DNA from: Balanoglossus misakiensis
Taxonomy: Eukaryota > Animalia > Hemichordata
Assembly: GCA_040954595.2 (NCBI GenBank)
Contig: CM082584.2
Span: 5,708,110 to 5,772,109, forward strand
Direction: 5' to 3'
Length of the DNA stretch: 64,000 nt
Positions within the stretch are counted from its first letter, which is position 1. Each line of letters starts with the position of its first letter. Below are positions 55,431-64,000 of the stretch, piece after piece. The notes beneath the pieces are model-generated. The model had not been told where the DNA came from and made no database searches. It was given only the letters and a program-made list of their open reading frames with translations. The translations under genes and the position numbers were made by a program.

Positions 55431-55540
55431 ATTAGCAGCCTTGAGAGGGGCCCAAGCATATGGACCAAAATACAAGGTGGTCAAGGGTCCCGCCAATGTA
55501 AAAAAAAAAAAATACCAACAAAATTTTGATGCCAATGTGA

Positions 55541-55873
55541 TCCAATGAGGGTCAAAGGTCAGGGGATAATCCCCAAATTTGGCTTTTCATTTTGGTGCCA
55601 TTAACATGGGCTCATTGCTGGCCCTAAAATTAGACATGCACTTATCCAATGAGGGTCAAAGGTCAGGGGATCTTATCCAATGAGGGTCAAAGGTCAGGGG
55701 ATAATCCCCAAATTTGGCTTTTCATTTTGGTGCCATTAACATGGTCTCATTGCTGGCCCTAGAATTAGACATGCACTTATCCAACGAGGGTCAAAGGTCA
55801 GGAGATCTTATCCAATGAGGGTCAAAGGTCAGGGAAAATCCCAAAAGTTGGCTTTTCATTTTGGTGCCATTAA
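55541..55873. repeat. 135-bp tandem unit carrying five TCCAATGAGGGTCAAAGGTCAG motifs
   Basis: Motif starts at 55541, 55645, 55676, 55780 (CCAAC variant) and 55811. Confidence 0.9.
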
Positions 55874-56789
55874 CTTTGGCCATTAAACTTCTATTTCTAC
55901 TACATTACCAAATCAAACTTTCAAAATGTACAATACTAGTAAATCATGCTATATCAAGTTCAATATAGAAAAAAGAGAGAGAGAGAGCAAGTTGAACAAT
56001 TTAACTGTTCATTGTCATGTTTGCTTTCTAACACAACTGTTTTTTTCCCAATACAGAAATAATGTTGTAATCCCCTTTTCAGTTTACCATTTAGCTTTTT
56101 ATGTTGGTGCAATTATATGCGCTGTAATTACGGCTAAATGGTAAACACCTGAAGGCTGCTGTTTCCAGTGCAATTATATATAGTGCTAATTTACACAGTG
56201 CAAATATTACGCGCAATGCTTATTGTGACTATAGGACCCAACAACCTTCAGGTTATGCTAAACAAATTGTAATGATAATTTTGGAGTGTAAGAAAGCAAC
56301 AGGATGGGATTCATTAGAAAATAGTTTATTTCAAAGGCAAACTTGAAGCAGAATTAAGGGCACACTGAAATGTACACGTTGCAATTTAATATTAACCCGC
56401 TCCCTCTCTCTGTCTGTGTGACACAATTACAACAATTGGAATATCAATCATAAGAAACTGAGGAAGGGATTGATCAATGTTCAATTGCATCCAACGGGAG
56501 GTCAGTTCTTTTCTTGAAATGGCAAAGAAATCAAAGTTGGTTTAAGGCAGGGATAATTAATACAGCCATCAGTCCGGGGAAACTGCACTCCATCAGATGT
56601 ACTGGCTTTCGTATTCATACACGTTTCCTCTTCTTTCCTATGAACAGAAAGAGGGCATTAAACTTACCTTGCATTGATTTATCATAGCAGCTGAGAGACA
56701 TTTAACTTTCACACAGAAATAAAAATCGCATCAAGGACACAGCGGTCCCATTTAGGAATTACACAGGAAAAGTAACACATAGGAATACA

Positions 56790-57077
56790 CATGTACAGAC
56801 AGACAAACAGACATACAGATAGATCTACAGGCAATGACTGACTGACCTACAAGCTGTCAGTGGCATAAGTTCTATACATACATACATACATACATGTACA
56901 TACATACATACATACATACATACATACATACATACAGGCAAACGGACATACATACATACGAGTATAGACATACAAACATACATGCAGACAGACAAACAAA
57001 CAGACATACATACATACATACATACATACATACACATACATACATACGTAGACATACATACATACATGCAGACAGAC
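56790..57077. repeat. Degenerate (ACAT/ACAG)n microsatellite
   Basis: Tetranucleotide low-complexity tract. Confidence 0.9.
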
Positions 57078-58789
57078 GCTACCGATCCCATAAGGTCACA
57101 CTGGTATATAATAATACACCAACTGGGACCTAAAAATGTCCTGTCAGCTCCATCCTGATGAAGAAGTTCATGGCTTCTGTGAGTTGCTCCTCTTTGGCTC
57201 CCAGCGTTTCAACTGAAGTGATGATTTCCATTTACACCGAAGTCTTTACTTTCTTTATTGTTTTATTTCATGACATAACATTGTAACAGGGCTCCAGACA
57301 TGAATAATCAGAACAATATCCGCATGGTCGGATCCCAATATTGGATCATACAGAGACAAAAATTAATTGACATACACCTACATCAGAGAACATCATGTTT
57401 GTATGAAGTCAGAATATTCAAGCATGGTCGACTGATGCCTCTGTTTTAATGTTTTTTTTTAAAAAAAGATGGCTGCCTCTTGGCCATACTGGATCAAAAG
57501 GGCAAAATAAATTGATGTACATTTGCATAGTTTTAATGAAATTTGGGTTGTCATATTAGAATAATTGTACCATATGCCCCACATATGCTGTTTGCAGCTT
57601 TAATGTTACCTTTGAACTCTGCTCGTCTGCTTAATGAATACTGGTACATACAAATTCATGAAGTTGGTAGATGTTGATCATCAGAAACTGTCCTGTAAAA
57701 CAATTAAAAATAGCTATTATATATTTTTGTGTCAAAAAGCAGTGGTTAAATATGGCAGATGATCTGGACAATACAATATGTCATTCTATATACTGTCATC
57801 CATGAGGTCAACCAAATCCTAATTAAGAATATCTTATATTACCTTTGAACTCTTCTTGATTGCTTAAGACTGCATGCACACATATCTAGTTTAGAAGATG
57901 TTGATCATCAGAGATGAACTGATATCTGCAAACAATGAAAAATATCTTAAAGTATTTTTGTGCCAAAGAAACTGACAGTAAAATGTATCTATGGACAAGA
58001 TCTCCTGTCTTTGTGAACCATACAAGATGCCATACTGTTGTTCGGGAATGTATGGACAAATATTCTTGGGACATTCAGATTTTCATTATGGTCTTTGAAT
58101 GTAAGGTTCCTGAATGGCCGGTCACAGAAAATTAATTTGCATACTCACACCACTGGAATCATGTTACCTGGTTACCAGCTTGGCATCAGGGCAGGAGGAT
58201 ACATTGCATCATGGGCTGGAGGATTGCTGCATCATGGAAATCTGAAACTAATGAGAAAAATTTGTGTAAATAGACAATTCTAACTGATCGACCTCTACGA
58301 ACTGCAACTTGGCTGCTACCATACCCCAAAACCTGCAACAAATAATAAATAGTAAATATTAATTCATTATCATAGACTGGGCGGGTTTTATGTTACCTAT
58401 GCTATGTAATTACATTGTGTTGCATCTCTCATCTGTTGGTTGATGCACATTATCCATCGTAAAACACTTGAATCTGATAAACTTATTTAATTACCCAATA
58501 GATGAACATAACTATACAAAGTAAAAAAAATCAACGTCAATGACACAGTTCCATGAGGGACTAAAAATTCTACAAATCATCAATAAATTATTACCACATT
58601 AGTTATCACCTTTCTACTTATAATGTATATTACAATTGATATACAATACCTTTCCCTAGTTTTAGCTCCTAACTTGAAAATCATCTTTACAATTTACAGT
58701 CCTACAAAGTGTACAAACCATTAATGGGCTTTTCAGTAGTTATTCCCTAAACTCATTCATAAATAATAACTAAATTATACTTAATTGTT

Positions 58790-58917
58790 TGTTATCATAA
58801 TCATCATCATTTTACTTATCATAATCATTATCATCACCATTATTAGTTTATTTATTATCATAATCATCATCATCATCACTTTCTTATCATCACCATTATT
58901 AGTTTATTTGTTATCAC

Positions 58918-58950
<33 letters not shown>

Positions 58951-59092
58951 TACAATCATCATCATTACCCTCATTGTTATCACCATTATTATCGTCGTCA
59001 TTATTACAGCAACATTACAACCATCAATGCCACAACCGTAACCATCAGTATTAACAATTAACATCAAAACTGCAACCACCATCACCAACATT
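58790..59092. repeat. Degenerate (ATC)n trinucleotide tract
   Basis: It explains the poly-I/S/M ORFs. Confidence 0.9.
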
Positions 59093-61749
59093 ACAGGAAT
59101 GAAATAAACAAATCAAATGACCCACAAAAATCAGTAACTTTCAACCAAAGACATTCTCCAAAGTCTATAGTCTCTCGTTTATTAATCTAGCTGTTTTATT
59201 TTCTTAATGTTAATAATTATCACTATGTAAATCAGTAAATCTAAGAATATTGCAAACTGTCAAATAATAATTATTAATAAGCATAGCTGATATTATACAC
59301 CAGTAATTCTGTATGTTGATTTACTAAATTACTGCAATTTCCCAAACAGACAGGCGTATACATGTTTCTATGTAAATTGTTTTCCAACACAAAAGAGTGC
59401 TCACTTCATTGCCAAAAGGGGGGGGGGGAGACAATGAGCTGTTGGTGTAACTGACTGGATGGTATTCAACACAATAAAAACATAGGTACATATCTGAAAT
59501 ACAAATTCTACTTAATGCAATAATATATTAATCAAAGAATCTGGAATAAAAGGTAAAATGCAAGTAACACTGAGTGAAAAAGGTTATATTTAAAACAACT
59601 AATAAAAAGACACCAATTCCATATATATAAATCATAATGGTAACACACATAATGATGCAGCATTTTTATACTGTTGGTACTAAAAACTTATTCACAAAAT
59701 TATACTACATTGGTACCAATCAATACTCTGAGTGAGTGGTTGCGTATACATGTACAGTATGTCATGTTTGTGTGTGCAAGGTATGTCTTGTTTGCGAGTG
59801 CAAGGTATTGACATTCCCAAATCTGACTGGCCAGGTCAGAATGGGGAAACCCATATTTTCACAAAATTATGCAACTCATTTGATTATTATAACAAAACAT
59901 TAGTAAGTCTTCTTTTGTCTTGATGCCATAACGAATCATCACCAATCAATCACATTACCTGTAATCAGATTTAAGTAAATAGAGATGCATGTATTCTGTT
60001 GAAATATGGTTATGCTGAAATGGAATATTATACAAAAACACATTCAATACCACAGTCTATCCAACTGCAGTGTCATTGCATAACATAAACTAGCAATGTA
60101 CATATTAGAGTGTAAAAAATTGTTGGCGCTGTCAGAGATAAGAAAAGTGGATGATTAGTTCATTGCTAATGTCTTCTTTTGTCTCAATGCCGTAACGAAT
60201 CATCACTATAAATCAGTCGTCAGCTGTAAAAAGAAATCCATTAGTCACATCAATGATTATTATCAACACCAGTCTTCACCAACAGCTCATGTACTGGGAT
60301 CATCTTACTCTAGTTTTTCAGATTTATTTACCATACAAAACTGTACACAGAATCACAAGTATACAATACCAACTATGCATATATATAGTGTTTAGGCTAC
60401 CAATTTTGACAAAAATTTAAGATGAAAGTAACTTCAGATGTTTAGATGAAAATACATCTCTGTGTTATATTTATGGTTCAATTAAACCTTCACTAACATT
60501 ATTATTCTGTTACTTTATGCCACTACTGCAAAATTATTGAGACTTTATCACTATGACCACAAAATTCCAAGGCTAACACATACAACATTGCAACCATTAT
60601 TCTCGATTAAATAAAGACCATTAAAAAATGAAATGATCACCACCTATACCATTTGAACAATATTCATCCTCCAGCCTTTTTTATCTCATAGTATCCTGAA
60701 GATCCATCAAAATCTGACAATACCACCCTCACATACACTATGTAGAAACTACTGTTATAGGTGTCTTTCTTAAACAGCCATCATCATCCATCATCATCAT
60801 CATCAACATCATCATTGTCATCATCAGTATCATTATCTTTGTTAGTATAAACATTTTATTAAATCATTATACACATACAAGTTTAATTTTCAGCAAAAAT
60901 ACACTTCTGATTCTGTATTATCCCTGTCTATTTTTAAAGTATTTCTGTATTTCACACTTGATTAAAACGTTCTGTCTTAAATCAAACTGCAGTCTAACTG
61001 CAGTCTTACCTTTTTGATGACAAAACCCAATACACTAGTGTTAAGTAGAAGTTACTCTTGGTTACATGCACTATACAATTCCCGATTTACATATTTCATA
61101 CACAGATTGACTGCTCCCATAATACATTTGTCTTTCAATTGTCATTGATTCTAAGATATATAATCGCTCCAATTTCAACGCGACTGATGGTGTGATCCAT
61201 ACAATACACTTATTCTTCTTTCTATAAATTTGCATTTTAACATTTGGAAGTACCCCCAAACTGAATATAGCAGATGCTTACCATGTTTTGCAGCAGGCCA
61301 GTATTTGCAATTCTGCACAATCCTGAAATGAACGCTACATACATAAATAAAGAATAATACTTCCCTACTCAACCGTCAGCTGCAGTAATGTACATCCATT
61401 TCTGTTTTCCCCAAGTTTTTCGTCCTGCAAGAAAGTTGAAAAAGAAATGTCAGCACAAAATCAAAACTTCATGGGTAGCAGAAGTTCAAGTTCAACTTTC
61501 AAGCGTATACAGTCACCTTAGACTCCCTCACAGCCCACGATTCGCCACAAGGCCCGTCACTGACGCAACCGCAACCATTTAGCAAAGGAAAAACAACATA
61601 TGGTGTTGTGTAGCGAATTTCTTGCTGGGCACACAGATCGTAAGCCTGCAAGGACAGCAAGAGGGGCTGTGAGAGAGTCTGATAGTCACCTATGAAAATT
61701 AAGCTTCAGTATTACCATGCAAAGTTGAGGTCCAGCCAATTACAGATTT

Positions 61750-62742
61750 TCACTGGGAGGCTATTTGCCTGTATGAGAAGTACATTATTACGCTATATCC
61801 AGCAAAGTTCAACTCGGTCATTCAAGCAGTGAGATCCTTAGCGGGATTTGATGAAGAAGCATCAACATACACAACTCCATCCCTGGGTTTGAAGACTGGT
61901 TACTATCTGAAGGATTGTGCTCAAATTGTCTTAAAGGGGAAATCCGTCGTAGCTGATTTCTACATAATTTGGTAGCTTTGATGTCACTCTTTCAGAAAAA
62001 AACATATTCGCCATGTATAGGTCGCGCGATTTTTTACAAAATCTAGGGAAAGTTGGCAGAATTTCCAATATGGCGTTTACTGTAATTTGAATCATGGGAA
62101 AAAAAGCGCCAGGACCAACTTCCGCCCACCTTAGTGTGGGTGATACCATTTTCCGATTGGTGTCACTGCGTCACAAGCTAAGCGTATTTGCATATTTTCC
62201 ATGGGTTATAGCTCATGAAAACTGTCAATAGATGACAAATTTTCGACTTTGCTGATGATTGTTTATCAACTGATGCAAAGAACAAACAATAGCTATGAAA
62301 ATACGCCTAGTCTGTCGCCCAGTGACACCTATCGGAGAATGGTATCACCCACACCATGGTGGGCGGAAGTTGGTCCTGGCGCTTTTTTTCCCATGATTCA
62401 AATTACAGTAAACGCCATATTGCCAACTTTCCCTAGATTTTGTAAAAAATCGCGCGACCTATACATGGCGAATATGTTTTTTTATGAAAGAGTGACATCA
62501 AAGCTACCAAATTATGTAGAAATCAGCTACGACGGATTTCCCCTTTAAGTCAGGCCATCCGCCATTGTGACTCCAAATCAGATGAGGAAAAAGCCAATTA
62601 TAGATTCATGGAGCTCTTTCGTCTTGAGTGGGAAAGGAAAGTCTCAACTCATGCTGGACATACCCTCCAAGCAAGGAGATGCAACAAAACAAATCTGTTA
62701 CCATTCTTGGCCAGGTGCACCTATGTTGATTGCTTTATTTAA
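61750..62742 (+). pseudogene. Fragment of a transposon-associated ORF (recalled as a tyrosine-recombinase-like family), interrupted by a MITE
   Basis: Removing 61935-62548 gives one frame: LYPAKFNSVIQAVRSLAGFDEEASTYTTPSLGLKTGYYLKDCAQIVL|SQAIRHCDSKSDEEKANYRFMELFRLEWERKVSTHAGHTLQARRCNKTNLLP. The family assignment rests on my memory of the AVR..AGF...Y..PSLALKLG / EW...VS..A..TL....NK...LP pattern. Confidence 0.65.
61935..62544. mobile_element. 610-bp foldback MITE with TTAA target duplication (Kolobok-like)
   Basis: TTAA|AGGGGAAATCCGTCGTAGCTG ... CAGCTACGACGGATTTCCCCT|TTAA. About 255-bp inverted arms surround a loop of about 100 bp. Excision restores the host reading frame. Confidence 0.93.
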
Positions 62743-62908
62743 CATATAAGCGTGACCAGGTGTTAATTAGTTTTGCTCATATAAAAGCCACCCAGTGCCA
62801 CGTCGCGTGGCTCAATTCAGGTCTGGTAGCTGTGCCGTCGCATGGACGCGGAGTTTGGGAGCCCAACTTACGGAGTGTGCCAGATAAATAATATTCTGTG
62901 AACTCGAT

Positions 62909-64000
62909 GCTTGTTATACTTCAGAGCGAATCATGCAGTAGATGGTGGATGTTTTTGCTACAGTCATCAGGAAGGATATACTTGGACAAGTTCGAGACAG
63001 CTCCTTCTATGATGTTTCGCTGGACGAGACAACTGATATCTCCATTTTGAAGCAACTGATTATGTATGTAAAGTACATCAACAAAGATTTTGAGGTAAGT
63101 ATTTGAATTATGTTTGGGAGTAAAAGAAGGCCTGGTGTATCAAACTTGTTGACTATTTTTTTTAAATATCGTATTACCATACATGAAATTATGTAGCATT
63201 TTAAACAGTTATGTCTATTTCTTCTCAGGTGAAGACTTCTGTTGTAAATATTCAAGACCTCCCAAATGGTACAGCTGAGGTAATCGAAGAGGCAACAGTT
63301 GCTTTCTGTGAAAGTGAATCATTAAATGTAAATCCAAAGATGGCAGCCCTTGGAACGGACGGTGCTTCTGTGATGGTGGGAAGGAAGACTGGGGTAAGTG
63401 TTTTACTCAAAATGATAACAAATTACTTGCGACTAAATGCATTGAATTCAAGAATTTCACATTTTATGCTGCTTTATTCTAACTGCCCAGGATTTCACTC
63501 TTTTATTTTGAAGGTGGCAACTAGAATGAGAAGGAGAAACCCTATGATGGTGAATATTCATTGTGTTGCACATCGTCTGGCTCTGGCAGCATCTCAAGCC
63601 ATGGAGGGGGTAAAGTTTGTCCATCGTCTGTCTAACATCCTGCAGCAGTTATATTATTATTATCAGAATTCTGCAGTGAGGATGGCAGGTCTGCAGGAAA
63701 TAGTCTTTTTATAGAGGTAATTATTTTAAGCCAAGTTCTTGTAATTTTTTGTGATGTGATTGAGCCAATTAAGGTGCATACACTTGAAGCCAATTTAATG
63801 AATTGTTATATACATCTTAATTTTTTTTTCTTTAAGGCTATCTTATCTGAACCAAATATCAAGCTAAAGGAAGCGAAGAGTGTGAGGTGGCTCTCACATC
63901 AGAGAGCTGTCGATGCTGTTCGAAAGACACTGCCTGCCCTGATAGTCAGTTTGGAGAGAGAGTGAAGAGAGAGGTGACGCAACAGTGCATGGATTGGCAC
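62909..64000 (+). pseudogene. Intron-containing hAT-superfamily (ZNF862-like) transposase pseudogene, runs off the window
   Basis: Motifs YTSERIMQ*MVD, FYDVSLDETTDIS, LGTDGASVMVG, IHCVAHRLALA (CxxH), VRWLS. Introns 63095-63228, 63394-63513, about 63717-63836. In-frame TAG at 62939-62941 and about 63712; frameshift near 63960. Confidence 0.88.

Noticed and set aside
60128-60208. C/D-box snoRNA-like GTGATGA...CTGA on the minus strand
   Set aside because: No terminal stem, no clear rRNA-complementary guide, and the paralogous copy at 59.9 kb lacks a D box at the same spacing.
61170-61200. WITPSV peptide shared with the antisense frame at about 21620-21640
   Set aside because: Similarity is limited to about 17 nt with no flanking alignment; consistent with chance.
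61931-62548. Two near-identical ORFs (MVSPT...YDGFPL) on opposite strands
   Set aside because: Artefact of the MITE's inverted arms.

Overview
AT-rich, intron-containing animal genomic DNA (probably an invertebrate deuterostome; inferred, not shown). 1-9.2 kb is an 88-bp satellite array with higher-order duplications, ending in (TATG)n. 11.8-41.2 kb is a compact housekeeping cluster: TRIM23(-), TRAPPC13(+), SGT(-), CLPP(+), LRRC40(-). The TRIM23-TRAPPC13-SGT arrangement matches human 5q12. At 43.0-49.3 kb (-) I hand-spliced a 12-coding-exon gene of about 825 aa: a divergent macrodomain followed by three TIR domains, with no TM/LRR/SAM. TIR2 and TIR3 keep the NADase Glu; TIR1 has Gln. It is the best candidate for a new system, a single-chain animal counterpart of bacterial TIR+Macro (type II Thoeris-like) signalling. 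50.8-64 kb is repeat and transposon debris: a 92-bp minisatellite, CCAAT+DR1 repeats, non-coding exon-like blocks, a transposon-like ORF fragment split by a TTAA-flanked foldback MITE, and an intron-containing hAT transposase pseudogene. The MITE loop carries a 46/51-nt match to the satellite monomer. All identifications are by eye and recall; no searches were run.
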